NCBI GenBank assembly: GCA_964016885.1
Contig: OZ024744.1
Span: 74,586,001-74,650,000 of the forward strand
Source of the DNA: Eledone cirrhosa
Taxonomy: Eukaryota
Direction: 5' to 3'
DNA length: 64,000 nucleotides
The stretch's first letter is position 1. Each line of letters starts with the position of its first letter. A program made the position numbers and the translations under genes. This document shows positions 39,324 through 58,299 of the stretch, in pieces. The notes beneath the pieces were generated by a model. It was not told the origin of the DNA. It did no database searches and worked only from the letters and a program-made list of their open reading frames with translations.

Positions 39324-40039
39324 TTATATATATTTCATGTTTATTTGGTGTATACGTTCGTATGTGTGCGGGTACTGGCGTTGCGTGGGTTCTGTATGTA
39401 CGTTCTTGTTTTTGCATACCCATGGCGAGTGTTTTCGCATATGCTTGTGTATGTACGTATATGGAGGCGTGTATGTTTATATTTAATTTCAATTACCCCT
39501 GTATTGTATTTACTTTATTCTTAACTCTGAAGCCGAGAATCATTTGGTCATAAATAAAAATTTTTTCTACGACTTCAGTTACACCATAAACGTGTTTTTT
39601 CTTTGCGTGTAATTGTTCTCACCGCTCCACATAATGACGTAGTATGTTCGTTTTTTCCGTTCATTGCCAGAGAACGTCACCATGAAGCACCTAATAGAAT
39701 ATTCGTCTACGACTTCATTTATACCATAAACGTGGTTTTGTCTTTGCGTGTAATAGTTTTCCCCGCTCTAAATAATAACGTATTATCTTCGTTTTTTTTC
39801 GTGCTTTGCCAGGGAACGTTTCCACGAACCAAAGTATCGTCTTTCTCTCTTCCCTCGGCTGCAACGTTTTTTTTAAATATCCACGCAAACAACTAGAATT
39901 TTGAAAAGTGCGGAACTGAATATATATATATATATATGTATATTCTTTTTTATCGACTTTCATCAAATCGAACCGAGGAAACAATGTTTCCATTCGTCTT
40001 TCCAATTGCTAATACTATCTATCAGTCGCAACTCCACGT

Positions 40040-40162
40040 AGAAGGAGCAATGGGATATAAAGTGTCTTGCTCAAGGACATAACGCATCGCCCGGTCCGAG
40101 AATCGAACTCACAACCTAACGATTTCGAATCTTATTTTCTAACCCCTCAGTCATGCGCCTGG
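40040..40162 (-). mobile_element. tRNA-derived SINE with a CORE-like domain (second SINE family)
   Basis: Minus strand: GGCGCATGACTGAGGGGTTAG..GAGTTCGATTCTC..TGTCCTTGAGCAAGACACTTT. Confidence 0.75.
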
Positions 40163-40182
40163 GGTGCTCACAGAATGTGTAA

Positions 40183-40256
<74 letters not shown>

Positions 40257-40423
40257 CATATATAACGAAGGACGTGTGGTAAGGAGACAGGTGGACCATA
40301 ACGCAACAGAGTACTCAATACTTAAGCTAGTAGAGTGGGTTATAGGAAAATCTTGCAAGACCACTAGTCAAGTAATAGCTGTTAAAACGGCTTCAGCTCT
40401 GCCGTCGGAGTCTTGAACATTTT

Positions 40424-42560
<2,137 letters not shown>

Positions 42561-42779
42561 TAATAAAAAAGGCCTGCTACCTCTAATGAAAGTTTCATAG
42601 TAGTTATTGTAGTAGTGTTGGTGGTAATTGTGGTGTTAGTAGTCCTAGGGGCGTGTTATACGTAGTAATAAATGTGGTAGGTATGATAACAATATAACAA
42701 TGGTGTTGTGAGCAACTATTTATTACTTTGTTGTCGACACAAGAGCAGATCATTTAGATGATAAAGATGAAGGGGATTC

Positions 42780-44430
<1,651 letters not shown>

Positions 44431-44444
44431 CCCCCCACACACAC

Positions 44445-44900
44445 CAAATTGTTGGCTTTGTGCCTAAATCAGAAACCATTATTAAACATATAATTTCTGG
44501 ACTTGGATTGCTAATAATCGGTAGAGCGTCGGACACAATACTTTAGAGAATAGTGTTACGGCCCTTTACATTTTCATTTCAAATTCCACCGAGGTTAGCT
44601 TTGCCCTACATCCTTACGGTGTCGATAAAATAAAATACCAGTAACGCACTGGAGTTGATTTAATCGACTTTCCCTCCCCCCCCCCCCAAATGGTTGGCTT
44701 TGTACCTAAAGCAGAAACCATTATTAGTACAATTGGCACTATCAGTAGAAGGTCGGACGCCATGCGTCCCTTTACGGTCTGAGTTCAAATATCGCGCCAA
44801 GGTTAACTTTGCCTTTCGTCCTTACGGGGTAGATAAAATAAAGTACCAGTAATGCACTGAGTTAATTGCTGGCCTTGTGCCAAAAGTAGAATCAATTATT
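44445..44900 (+). mobile_element. Head-to-tail SINE cluster (tail fragment plus two copies, major family)
   Basis: The SINE tail ..GAAACCATTATT occurs three times; cores at about 44590-44650 and 44800-44860. Confidence 0.8.
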
Positions 44901-45163
44901 AGTGCAAACTTTCCCCTGCCACCAACGATGGTACCGCAGCATTCTTTAAAATCATATCTTAGCTTTGGTTTACGGGGCTCGGCTGAATAACCTAACCACT
45001 CAGACAGGGGTGGAGCGTCTGGCCCTCAATCTCTCTCTCTCTTTCCTTCGCGGATTAATCATTTTTGTTTCCTTTTCTTCTTTCCCTTTCCTTTTTTGTT
45101 TAATTTAAATAGTATCATTATCTTGTATTGTCTTTCATTAGAAACAATTATATTATGTGTAAT

Positions 45164-45701
45164 GGAGACTTAACTCAGCGTGCGAGTTTTAACGGACTTT
45201 GGCAACAACTGATCAGTGAAGACTTAACTCAGCGTGCGAGTTTTAACGGACTTTGGCAACAACTGATCAGTGGAGACTTAACTCAGCGTGCGAGTTTTAA
45301 CGGACTTTGGCAACAACTGATCAGTGGAGACTTAACTCAGCGTGCGAGTTTTAACGGACTTTGGCAACAACTGATCAGTGGAGACTTAACTCAGCGTGCG
45401 AGTTTTAACGGACTTTGGCAACAACTGATCAGTGGAGACTTAACTCAGCGTGCGAGTTTTAACGGACTTTGGCAACAACTGATCAGTGGAGACTTAACTC
45501 AGCGTGCGAGTTTTAACGGACTTTGGCAACAACTGATCAGTGGAGACTTAACTCAGCGTGCGAGTTTTAACGGACTTTGGCAACAACTGATCAGTGGAGA
45601 CTTAACTCAGCGTGCGAGTTTTAACGGACTTTGGCAACAACTGATCAGTGGAGACTTAACTCAGCGTGCGAGTTTTAACGGACTTTGGCAACAACTGATC
45701 A
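45164..45701 (+). repeat. Minisatellite, 10 x 54 bp, almost identical units
   Basis: Unit GGAGACTTAACTCAGCGTGCGAGTTTTAACGGACTTTGGCAACAACTGATCAGT; one G>A variant in unit 2; no spacers. Confidence 0.97.
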
Positions 45702-45885
45702 GGTTCACATTTTGAATAAGAGCTGCTCAAGAACCAAAACTTTAAAAATGTAAGCAATGAATTTTGATTTACAACATATATATATATATATATATATGTA
45801 AAAGTCCTATCCGGGAGCTTCCAACAGTAATGGTTGCATTCTTTAAGGGTATGTCAATATTTATTTATAAAACTGCTCTATATTA

Positions 45886-45950
45886 TATTTTATCTGATGA
45901 AAGCACACCATAATTTAACTTGGTGTCCTTCAAATATGGATAATGAAATA
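45886..45950 (+). ncRNA. Decayed hammerhead, homolog of 37270-37330
   Basis: TTTTAT-CTGATGA-AAG.ACACCA/TGGTGT.CTT-CAAA (G12 mutated); flanks match 37230-37360. Confidence 0.5.
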
Positions 45951-46133
45951 AATATGGTTTTATAAATATAGTTTCCATTTGTTAATATCGTACATATATA
46001 TACGGGATAACAGGTTACCGTTATAGCAGTCTACATATATATAAATATATATATATATATATACTGTATATATATGTATGTATATATATATATATATGTA
46101 TATATATAGTAATAATAACAAATGTAAGGACTA

Positions 46134-46207
<74 letters not shown>

Positions 46208-46422
46208 CGGCGATGAATTAGTTTTGCGAGGTTTTTTATATGAAATCGTGTGTCGAAACAGATATTGTTATATTTGGGGAGGGTCATATTTGCGTAATAT
46301 TGCCAGAATATCGGCAGATATATATATATAAAAGACAGCGAGAAGCGAAAACCAACCAAACAGTGAGTGTGTTCTGTTATTAATTCTGGCAATATTACGC
46401 AAATATGACCCTCCCCAAATAT

Positions 46423-46459
<37 letters not shown>

Positions 46460-46589
46460 AAATCAAATTCATTGCATAATTTTTTTAACTTTTGGTTCTT
46501 GAGCAGCTCTTATTCAAAATGTGAACCAGAGCAATTGTTGCCAAAGTCAGTTTGAACTCGTGTATGTGTGTGTGTGTGTGTATATTATA

Positions 46590-47733
<1,144 letters not shown>

Positions 47734-48397
47734 CGTGTGTGAGAAAAGAACACAAGCAACAAAGTAGACAGCCTGATATTGTAAGAGAAATTACTTTACA
47801 ATTTGGACATTGGTCTTTCATTTAATGGTAGAATGAGAAATAGCAGATGAAATGGAAAGATAAAAAGTTAGAAGAAAAAGGAACGTAAGAAAATATTTCT
47901 TAATTTAATTTTTGGGGTTGAGAGTGGTGGGGGTGTGGGGTGGGGGATTAGAAGCTCATATATTTCTACCGGAGAGTTTTCTGCATCTATGTTTCTCGTT
48001 TTATTTGCCTCTTCCTGTTACACACTCATTGTTCCATTTAACTTCATCTTCTTTCATTCGCTCAATTTCTATCATTTTTTTTCTTTTAAAATTATTTATA
48101 TGTTTCGTTTCAATTGTCTTTTCAGATTCTGTTTTAGTCAGTCTCCGACCTAAGTTCATGGTTTTCATTTCTTCAGACCTACTGCTCTTTTATATGTACC
48201 CATCTAACACTTTCAGCACATATTTAGACAAAGACAAAAATAAAGTAAAAGAAGAAACAAATAAATAAATTAGAATTGTACGGACTGATCTCTCACACAC
48301 TGAAATAAAACTCTGTTCAACAGAAACACGCAAGTAAAAGCACAGATGAGTGCACACTGACACAACAAGCTTACACGCACACAGACATATATACGTT

Positions 48398-48451
<54 letters not shown>

Positions 48452-48759
48452 CGCACGCAATCACAACCTCACGCACGCAGACTAACGTACTTATATATGT
48501 GCGTATGAGCGTGTATGTGTATTTGTTTACATACAATATCACAGTAGCAAATTCAACTTCAACCTTCTCATACACAAACATACATAACCTTTTCCTATTC
48601 GTGTAGTCCCGCATCACATTTCCAATAACTTTTGCTAGTCAACCCACTCACTATTCTACAAAATCTTTCTGTCTTTCTGAATCTGTTCATTTAACCATTC
48701 CAGTATTTCTGTACCACTTCTTTTACTAAACGATGCCTTTCTTGTCTACACTCCCATCA

Positions 48760-48890
48760 ACAGCATCATCTGCAATCACCATCAATATCATTATCCACCA
48801 CCAGTCATCGTTATCCTCATCATCATCATCATCGTCGTCATCGACGTCGTAACCACCACCGCAACCACCACCACCACTACCACCACCACC

Positions 48891-48922
<32 letters not shown>

Positions 48923-50165
48923 CAAAACAGCCACTAACACCAGCACTACCAACAACACCAGCACCACCACCGCTACCAATACTATCAGGACTACCCATCA
49001 CCACCACCACAACCACCACAACTAACACAACTACCACAACCATCGCATCCCCCCCCCCACACTACTATCACCACCACAACCACTGCCACCACCACAACAA
49101 CAACCACTACCACCACAACCACCAACATCACCACCACCACCACTACCACCACTACTACCGCCACAACCCCACCACGACCACCAACACCATCACCACCGCC
49201 ACCACCCCTGACAACAATAACACTACACTGACCACAACCACCACCAATACCATTACCACCATTAACAACAACAATAACCATCACAACCACAACCACCACC
49301 ACCACCACCACCACTACCACCACTAACAACAACAATAACCATCACAACCACAACCAACACCACCACCACCACCACAACTAACAACAACAACAACAACGAC
49401 GACGAAAACAATCACCACCGCTACCACAACCACAACCACCACCAACATCACCACCACCACCACTACCACCACTACTACCGCCACAACCCCACCACGACCA
49501 CCAACATCATCACCACCGCCACCACCCCTGACAACAATAACACTACACTGACCACAACCACCACCAATACCATTACCACCATTAACAACAACAATAACCA
49601 TCACAACCACAACCACAACCACCACAACAACCACCACCACCACCACTAACAACCACAATAACCATCACAATCACAACCAACACCACCACCACCACCACCA
49701 CAACTAACAACAACAACAACAACGACGACGAAAACAATCACCACCGCTACCACAACCACAACCACCACAACAACCACCACCACCACCACTAACAACCACA
49801 ATAACCATCACAACCACAACCAACACCACCACCACCACCACCACAACTAACAACAACAACAACAACGACGACGAAAACAATCACCACCGCTACCACAACC
49901 ACAACCACCACAACAACCACCACCACCACCACTAACAACCACAATAACCATCACAACCACAACCAACACCACCACCACCACCACAACTAACAACAACAAC
50001 AACAACGACGACGAAAACAATCACCACCGCTACCACAACCACAACCACCACAACAACCACCACCACCACCACTAACAGCAACAATAACCATCACAACCAC
50101 AACCAAGACCACCACCACCACCACCACCACAACTAACAACAACAACAACAACAAGGACGAAAACA
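48760..50165. repeat. (CCA/CAA)n low-complexity tract with higher-order duplications
   Basis: Marker ACGACGACGAAAACAATCACCACCGCTACC recurs at roughly 140-bp spacing from 49720 to 50160; about 300-bp duplication between 49120 and 49650. Confidence 0.9.
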
Positions 50166-50344
50166 AGACCAGCTGTACTATATAAACCTGAATCTATGAT
50201 TCATTCAGTCCGAGTTAAGAAACTGTATAAACTTTTGCATACTTCTGATAAATATATATTAAATTTCTTGCCAACTATTTTCCACCTTCAGATCTTTAAC
50301 AAGAGTTTTGTTTTATTCTCTTCATTTTTCCTTAAACACATCCT

Positions 50345-50612
50345 ATGGAGTAGAACAATTGAGAGAGGGCACTTTGCCCTATCGGACTGGGTGACCGAGG
50401 ATTTTGTGGGATTTCTACACGAGTGACACTAGTAGTATCCTCACCTTTCCGGAATTTGTTATGTTTGTTTTTTTAAATGATTATTTTCTTAGTCTCTTCT
50501 ATAAATTTTATTTTACACAAAGAAAACCTCACACTGTATCGCCCTGTACCGTCTTTAATGTTTCGTTAATGTGAGCCCTCAGTGGCTAATAAAGAAATCA
50601 TTATTATTATTA
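50345..50612 (+). mobile_element. Tx1 subfamily B 3'UTR remnant
   Basis: Ends CCCTCAGTGGCTAATAAAGAAATCATTATTATTATT like the other subfamily B copies. Confidence 0.7.
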
Positions 50613-50711
50613 ATTTTATTAATGGTGGGGCACCTGAGTTACCCTTGATTGGTTTTCCCGCCAATTGGGGAATTTTAATTGTTGTAACTTTCGGTAATTG
50701 TTTTTATTACA

Positions 50712-50935
50712 TAGGGCGGTGGATTGGCAGTATCGGTAGAGGGTCGGACGCCAAGCTTTGCAGCATAGAGTTAAGGCCCTTTATGATCTGAGTTCAAATC
50801 CCGCCGAGGTTAACTTTGCCTTTCATCCTTACGGGGCCGATAAAATAAAGTACCAGTCACGCACTGGGGTCAATTTAATCGACTTTCCCCTGCCCCCAAA
50901 TTAATGGCCTTGTTCCTATACTAGAAATCATTAAT
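50712..50935 (+). mobile_element. tRNA-derived SINE, major family, full length
   Basis: GGGCGGTGGATTGGCAGTATCGG, GAGTTCAAATCCC, core and tail present. Confidence 0.9.
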
Positions 50936-51121
50936 TTTGTTTTGACTACACTGTGATCTTAGCCAAAAGTCCGAGAAATATCAATAGAGTAAAGAAAGCA
51001 TTAATTTGTTTTGATTCGATTTTATTCCAGTTATTTTGTATTGTCTCCTCAAGAGAGTTGACTTAATAGCTTTTAGTAAAGAAGTAAACAATGTGACTAG
51101 CGGTAATAAGGCGATTCCACA

Positions 51122-51300
51122 AATAATTGTTTCTACTTTTGGCACAAGGCCAGCAATTACCCCAGTTCATTACTGGTACTTTATTTTATCGGCTCCGCAA
51201 GGATGAACGGCAAAGTTAACTTCGGTGAGATTTGAACTCAAGCTGTAAAGGGCCGTAACTCTATACTGCAAAGCATGGCATTCGACGCTCTAACGGTAAT
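51122..51300 (-). mobile_element. tRNA-derived SINE, major family
   Basis: Reverse complement of the family; inverted relative to 50712-50935. Confidence 0.85.
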
Positions 51301-52487
51301 AATATAGTAGCAAGAACAGCACTATCAGAAAAAAGCTCGTACACATATCTGGTCACCGAATGGCCTTACTAATACTCTTACAACAGTTAAAATTTCACAG
51401 AAGTGCTTCTCAACTCTCCAAAATGTAGAAACACCAAAACAAATAACACAAATACGCAGACAAGCACCAACCAGTCTTGACCTCTTTAATGTCTATAAAA
51501 TAATGAAGCCGTTAATTACTGGGAATATATATAATCAAGATAATCAAGACTTTCCTCCTACAGCTCAGTTGAGCAGGTTTGTGCTTATGTAAGAGTTCGG
51601 TATCACGGGTAATATTGAAAAAATCGGATTAATATACAGATTGTTTTGGTGCGTGTAATGAATGCGTCATGTATGTGAATACTCTCGAATTTACATATAT
51701 ATATATATATATATACCTTATACTATTTTGAGTATTTAGGTATTTCTGCACTTCTGTACAGATCCCACGCTTCTTTCTTTAATAATTTATGTTTTATTTT
51801 TGATTATTTATTTCATTATCTACTTTATTTCGTTCTAAAGAAAATTTCTTCTTTAATTGATCACACATATGACTAGATACATAATTGGAGACCATATATA
51901 TTATTTTGGACAAGATTTTCTGTAACGCGTTTAAATAGATAAGCTAACACTATAAAAAGTTTTTTAAAAAAATGAACATAAATAAAAATAGAAAAAAAAA
52001 ACGAACAAAAAAAAAACGAAAAAAAATAAAAATAAAAACAATAACAACACACAAATGAAAACGACAAAAGAATGAAACATTAAGATATATCATGGCTAAA
52101 TCACTATGTTATCTAATACTCAGAATAATTCTAGCTTGGAAAGAGAGAGAAAAAAAATCTATTTAAACTAATGACTCCTAATTAGAAAAATAAATATAAG
52201 AAGAGGTATATAAAAAGGTAAACTCAAAAAACAAACAAATGGAGTAAAAAAGCAAACAAGAGAATGAAACATAATCCATGAGTTTAAATAAGATTTCAAA
52301 CCAACTTACATGCATATTGTTAGAGTGATTTAGCAATATAAATTTAGGAAATTGATGGTGATGTTGGAAATAGTTAAACATTATAATGACGTAGAGACTT
52401 TTAAAATGATACATTTTTCACATTTATTATACACACAAACACACACAGATACACACACACATGCACACATGTATATAAATATATATA

Positions 52488-52579
<92 letters not shown>

Positions 52580-52852
52580 CACAGTTCAAGAGTAACCAAT
52601 CTTAAAGAGAGATATGGAGATAGGAGAGGAGAGATTGGTGAATTAGTTAGAAGCCAAAGCGTAAAGGCATGTGCTCAATGTGCAATATGCAGTAGAAAGC
52701 TGATAGGTGACTGGGTTCATGAAGAAGTTAGGCGCGCAGAGCTGGTAATATTCATTAGTTAAGCGAAACAAGACCACAAATTTCACAAGGAAGACGTTAA
52801 AAGATTGTCAACATATTTTAGTTTGATGTAAGGAATGTAGAGAATAATAATA

Positions 52853-52965
52853 ATAATTGTTTCTTCTTTTGGCACAAGGCCAGCAATTATCCAGTGCATT
52901 ACTGGTACTTTATTTTATCGACCCCGTAAGGATGAAAGGCAAAGTCAACCTCGGCGGGATTTAAT
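52853..52965 (-). mobile_element. SINE 3' half, major family
   Basis: Core and tail flanked by (AAT)n. Confidence 0.8.
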
Positions 52966-52989
52966 AATAATAATATTAATAATAATTAA

Positions 52990-55595
52990 TGTCCGTTTAC
53001 AATTGTTTCGCTACTCCATATAATAGTTCTGATCAGATGATTATATATCATTATTGATCTGGTTCAGTTGAAAATAATTAACATATTTAAAAACAGAGCG
53101 GCTCATCGGAACTTCAAAGGAATATAAATTAAAATAAGGAGAGAATGTTACATAATGTAATTTTCCATATATTGGTATTTCACTATGGTGTCCTGGTTGT
53201 AACAATTGTCAGCCATAATCATGCAGTATTCATCTGTCGAGGCTGCATTGTGTGAGATCTGCCTATGGGTAACAAGATGGCCGCCAAAGGACATATTTAC
53301 CTTACTAATTAGAAGGTGGTTTCAGGGGAAGTAACTCCTCGAGAGATTAGAAATTGTGGTTTATAGTTAAGTGCTAATTTTTAAATTTTGTAATTAAGAG
53401 ACAATGTAGGGGAGGTAACTTATAATTATCTAAGTTAGTTATAACTATTTAACTTATTAGCTACAAGTAAAAATAGGGCTAGATGACTGTGTTGGGTCAA
53501 ATATTCTATTGGCGAAGGAATTAACCCTTCGATGTTGACAGCTAATAGTTACCTCCGTTCTATCGTTAATCGCTAGAGGTCGTGATAGAGTTATGTAATA
53601 TGCTTCGGTAATACAGAGATCACAAGAGTTTCTTCGTCCATTGAACGATTGGGCCCTAGCTACGATATCCCATTTTAGTGAGTGTTCAATGTTGCTTAAT
53701 TTAAGGTTTTTAATGAGCCTAGCTAGAGATGTCGAACATCTGTTGCTAGGGTCTCGGAAGGAAAAAGATTGCGCGTTATAGCGTACCTTAAAAGGGTTAG
53801 ATGTAGACCCGATATAAGAGCTGGTATTCGAAGCAGTTTTAACCGTGCATCTATAGACTACGTTGGGTGTCAGGCAGTGTACATTTAATGGGCATGCATT
53901 AGGGTGACGGCAGTTGCAGTTGCTTCTGCGGTTAGTGAGAGTAGAGTAGTTTAACCTAAGCGGTTGGTCAGTGCTAGAAGGATTAGATGAGGGAGGTGTA
54001 CTACTAGAGTAATTATTGGTGTAGTGGCGTGGTGTATTTGATAGGGGTGGTGGTACCGCGGTGTGGGAGTTATACTGTCTTATTTTAAGATGGTTACTGA
54101 ATGCAATGTGGCTAGCTAGGTTAGGTGTCGTGGAGATTGAGATTTTAAGGTCTATTCCTTCTAGGGTTTCTAGTGGAGTTGGTAGGGGCCTTCCTAAGGT
54201 TATTATTACCTGGGGATTTGTTATTTGTCATCACATTTCTCATTCCTATTCTAGAGTTGATTTTTAGTTTTCTACTTGGAGTGGGGAGCAGGCCGCTGCC
54301 ACGATTAAACTTCCCTGTATAGGTGCTGTTACTGCTAAAATTCCGGCGAATCTGGCTATATGCTAAGGTATTTCTAGTTCTAGTGTTAAGTTTATTATGG
54401 TGAATTGCTGTGTTATGGCATTTAGGTATGTAGTAAATGGATTGTTCATATCCAGATTCAGAAACAGCCTTATTATAATATTGTGCATGGTTTATAAATA
54501 TCTCCTCATTTGCTGATAGCATGGAGATCCTATACGTGATAGATTTGATTACTGCTCTGATGACTGCCGGTGGGTGGTTAGAGTGTGGGCTAATATATGT
54601 GAGTATTTCACCTGGTTTATAGTAAGGGTAATATAGGTTATTGTTGAGATCCAGGGTGACGTCTATGAAGTTTACTACTTTATGGTTCGGCTCGATTGTG
54701 ATAGAGAGACCGTTATTTTTAAAGAATCTATGTAATTGTTTTTTTAGCAAATCAATGCCCCGATTAGTGCAATTGTGGACTGCAAATAGTGTGTCGTCCC
54801 TGTATATTCCGCCTTGCAAGGGTTGGATTTCGGCTCTGATGTTATGTAATAGGTAAATTCCAACTAAATCGGTTATTTGCGCAGTCACTTGAGCCCATCG
54901 TGATGTCAAAGTTGTCTGTTCTATCTTTTCTAGTCCAGAGTGCTCCATTGAATTCAATGATGGTCTGCCTAGCCATAAGTATGATGTTAATCTCATTATT
55001 GGTTATGTCCGAGTTGGTACTGGTTAGGGTTATGCTTTGTTGAGCAGTTCCGGGGTTATTGAAGCGTAATAGCTGTCTATGTCAAATTGGATGAACCTCA
55101 TAGACTGCTTGGACCTTAGATCGAAGAACCATCTAATGACTTGGCCGGTGTTGGACCACAACTTGTAAGTGATATCATCCCGTAGCCCAGGGATTATCCT
55201 ATCAAGGATGTTCTTACTGAAACAACCCAGGTCGGATGTGGTTGGGCTAATAAGTCTAATAGATGGGTTCTCTATAAAGTTTGGCTTATGATCCTTGAGA
55301 GAGAACCTTGAGGGTGGGTAAATCTATCCAGATCAAGTCCTTAACCAAAGCCTGGGCTTTTCGGTTAAGTACGTTTACACTGGCGGTATAGTTTTTTTAT
55401 AGCTTTTATTAAGTTCCTTAAGAAGGAAAGAGTTGTAAGTTTCAGGAGTCATGGTGTATAGATTTTTAGTTTTGTCAGACATAACATGTAAGAGGTGGCT
55501 ATATTTACATTTTTTATAGTTGTTGCTAATTTAGTGAGGAAATTATTCTTGTGTCTATAATGCTTTTTGAATTTAATGCGCCTGGCGAAGTTGAA
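52990..55595 (-). mobile_element. Penelope-like element (Naiad-like), decayed
   Basis: LKDHKPNF..PS.RLISP, FDIDSYY, GIYRDDTL, NFIDVTLDL, SNHPP; CNCRHPNACPL..NVVYRC..YIGSTSNPFKVR near 53780-53920; hammerhead at the 3' end. Confidence 0.88.
52995..53112 (-). ncRNA. Type I hammerhead at the PLE 3' end (U4C substitution)
   Basis: GTT-CCGATGA-GCCGCTCT..(long loop)..GGAGTAGC-GAAA-CAATTG-TA-AAC. Confidence 0.6.
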
Positions 55596-55599
55596 TAGA

Positions 55600-56380
55600 T
55601 CTTTCTCAAAAGGGTCCAGCAGGTCTCAGATGTCTCTGGCCTGGCAGTGCTACCGAGGAGCTCTACCAGTTCGAGACAAAATCTACAGGCACGGTCGCCC
55701 TAGCAGAGATCTGCCAAAAGGACCTGTCCAAGATGCGAGCAGGACATCGAAACCGTTCTGCACGCAATTTTTCAGTGCCCAGGGTGACCGACCTGTGGAA
55801 TTATGTCGAACAGCTACTGTCACGTGTAGGACGCATCCAGTTGTCAGCCGACTCCATCGTGAGGATCATTTAAGAATGAAGGAGAGGCGGTCTTCCTTTG
55901 TCTGGTGGCTATGGCGAAAGGGGTAATATGGTGGACCAGGTTAAAAGGACTGAGAGCAAGCACCTTTCTCTCCGGACAACAACTCATTCCCTTATTTAAG
56001 TACCACTTCAGAAGGAAGGTGAGAGTTTGAGAGAGTAGTGCTACACCCCAGTAAATTCGCTGAAAGGTGGGTGAATGTGGCGAAAATGGCCCGAGTGAAT
56101 GGGCCTTCTCTGTATATAAACCTGTAAGTTGAGGAAGATAAACAGAGGGAAGACGGGAACACCTACAAAACGTGTTTCTGGTGTTGAGGGTTGTGCTATC
56201 CACGAGGTGTAAAACAACACTGCAGTAGCGTTAACCCCCCCCCCCCATGGCGATTTCAATTGTTTTATTTTTATATAGTTTTTTATTATTTATCATTGTT
56301 AAATATTTTATGTAAAACCCTCGCCGTCACGTCTTGTAATGTCCCATTTTTGTACACCCCTGTGGCAAATAAAGAAAGAT
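55600..56380 (+). mobile_element. Tx1 subfamily A 3' fragment
   Basis: SLAWQCYRGALPVRDKIYRHGR; ends GGCAAATAAAGAAAGATATCT then (TC)n(TA)n. Confidence 0.9.
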
Positions 56381-56397
56381 ATCTATATATCTTTCTT

Positions 56398-56523
<126 letters not shown>

Positions 56524-56760
56524 ATATTTAGAAACACACAGATACATGCGGACACACACATATATACATGAATGCATCCGCACCCAACTGTGAGTTAAGG
56601 GTGCCAACTTCACCGATGTTGCTCAATGAATGACTGGGACAGACCAATTCAGTTGAACTAGACTGAACCAGTATCAGAGTTAAAAATACATTATGAAGAG
56701 AGAAGAAACATTTAGATATAATTAGTAATAAAATGTATCATACCTAAACTGCTCCTAAAT

Positions 56761-56848
56761 TCCTCGACTACGTAGTTTCGTGGCATAAACAAAAACAATA
56801 TATCAAAGATATAGAGTCCCTGCGAGGTCTGCCGACTTATCAAGAGGA
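56761..56848 (-). ncRNA. Type I hammerhead (U3-A8), inverted copy
   Basis: Reverse complement of 57026-57113. Confidence 0.75.
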
Positions 56849-57025
56849 TACCTCATTTTACTAGTCTCAAGAACGCGTCTACACGACGTGAGAAAGAATC
56901 CCAAAAGGCGAAGAGGCTTAGCTCTGTTTCTCGACCGTTATATCGCGTGACTATCTCCCCCTCCGCCTTTTGGGATTCTTTCTCACGTCGTGTAGACGCG
57001 TTCTTGAGACTAGTAAAATGAGGTA

Positions 57026-57113
57026 TCCTCTTGATAAGTCGGCAGACCTCGCAGGGACTCTATATCTTTGATATATTGTTTTTGTTTATGCCACGAAACT
57101 ACGTAGTCGAGGA
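57026..57113 (+). ncRNA. Type I hammerhead (U3-A8)
   Basis: TCCTC-TTGATAA-GT(C)GGCA..TGCCAC-GAAA-CTACGTAG-TC-GAGGA; palindromic stem III ACTACGTAGT; GUC site at 57108. Confidence 0.78.
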
Positions 57114-57618
57114 ATTTAGGAGCAGTTTAGGTATGATACATTTTATTACTAATTATATCTAAATGTTTCTTCTCTCTTCATAATGTATTTTTAACTCTGA
57201 TACTGGTTCAGTCTAGTTCAACTGAATTGGTCTGTCCCAGTCATTCATTGAGCAACATCGGTGAAGTTGGCACCCTTAACTCACAGTTGGGTGCGGATGC
57301 ATTCATGTATATATGTGTGTGTCCGCATGTATCTGTGTGTTTCTAAATATATTGTTAATAACTCCCTCTGGTCGAGCAATCTTTGAAGTGTGGGGACAAC
57401 TGGAAAGCTTCCATTACTCATACTTCTCGCCTTCTTCACCACCTCTTCTGCGGCCTCGATATGAATACCCCCTCCGCCTCCGTGGTATTTTCTTCGTGGT
57501 TATAAGAGGCTTAGCTCTGTTTCTCGACCGTTATATCGCGTGACTATCTCCCCCTCCGCCTTTTGGGATTCTTTCTCACGTCGTGTAGACGCGTTCTTGA
57601 GACTAGTAAAATGAGGTA

Positions 57619-57706
57619 TCCTCTTGATAAGTCGGCAGACCTCGCAGGGACTCTATATCTTTGATATATTGTTTTTGTTTATGCCACGAAACTACGTAGT
57701 CGAGGA
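57619..57706 (+). ncRNA. Type I hammerhead (U3-A8), unit 2
   Basis: Identical to 57026-57113, offset +593. Confidence 0.78.
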
Positions 57707-58211
57707 ATTTAGGAGCAGTTTAGGTATGATACATTTTATTACTAATTATATCTAAATGTTTCTTCTCTCTTCATAATGTATTTTTAACTCTGATACTGGT
57801 TCAGTCTAGTTCAACTGAATTGGTCTGTCCCAGTCATTCATTGAGCAACATCGGTGAAGTTGGCACCCTTAACTCACAGTTGGGTGCGGATACATTCATG
57901 TATATATGTGTGTGTCCGCATGTATCTGTGTGTTTCTAAATATATTGTTAATAACTCCCTCTGGTCGAGCAATCTTTGAAGTGTGGGGACAACTGGAAAG
58001 CTTCCATTACTCATACTTCTCGCCTTCTTCACCACCTCTTCTGCGGCCTCGATATGAATACCCCCTCCACCTCCGTGGTATTTTCTTCGTGGTTATAAGA
58101 GGCTTAGCTCTGTTTCTCGACCGTTATATCGCGTGACTATCTCCCCCTCCGCCTTTTGAGATTCTTTCTCACGTCGTGTAGACGCGTTCTTGAGACTAGT
58201 AAAATGAGGTA

Positions 58212-58299
58212 TCCTCTTGATAAGTCGGCAGACCTCGCAGGGACTCTATATCTTTGATATATTGTTTTTGTTTATGCCACGAAACTACGTAGTCGAGGA
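58212..58299 (+). ncRNA. Type I hammerhead (U3-A8), unit 3
   Basis: Identical to 57026-57113, offset +1186. Confidence 0.78.

Noticed and set aside
45128-45715. 195-aa repeat ORF or CRISPR-like array
   Set aside because: Contiguous identical 54-bp units with no spacers; the ORF is open only because the unit is a stop-free multiple of 3, it starts at TTG, and it shows no synonymous variation
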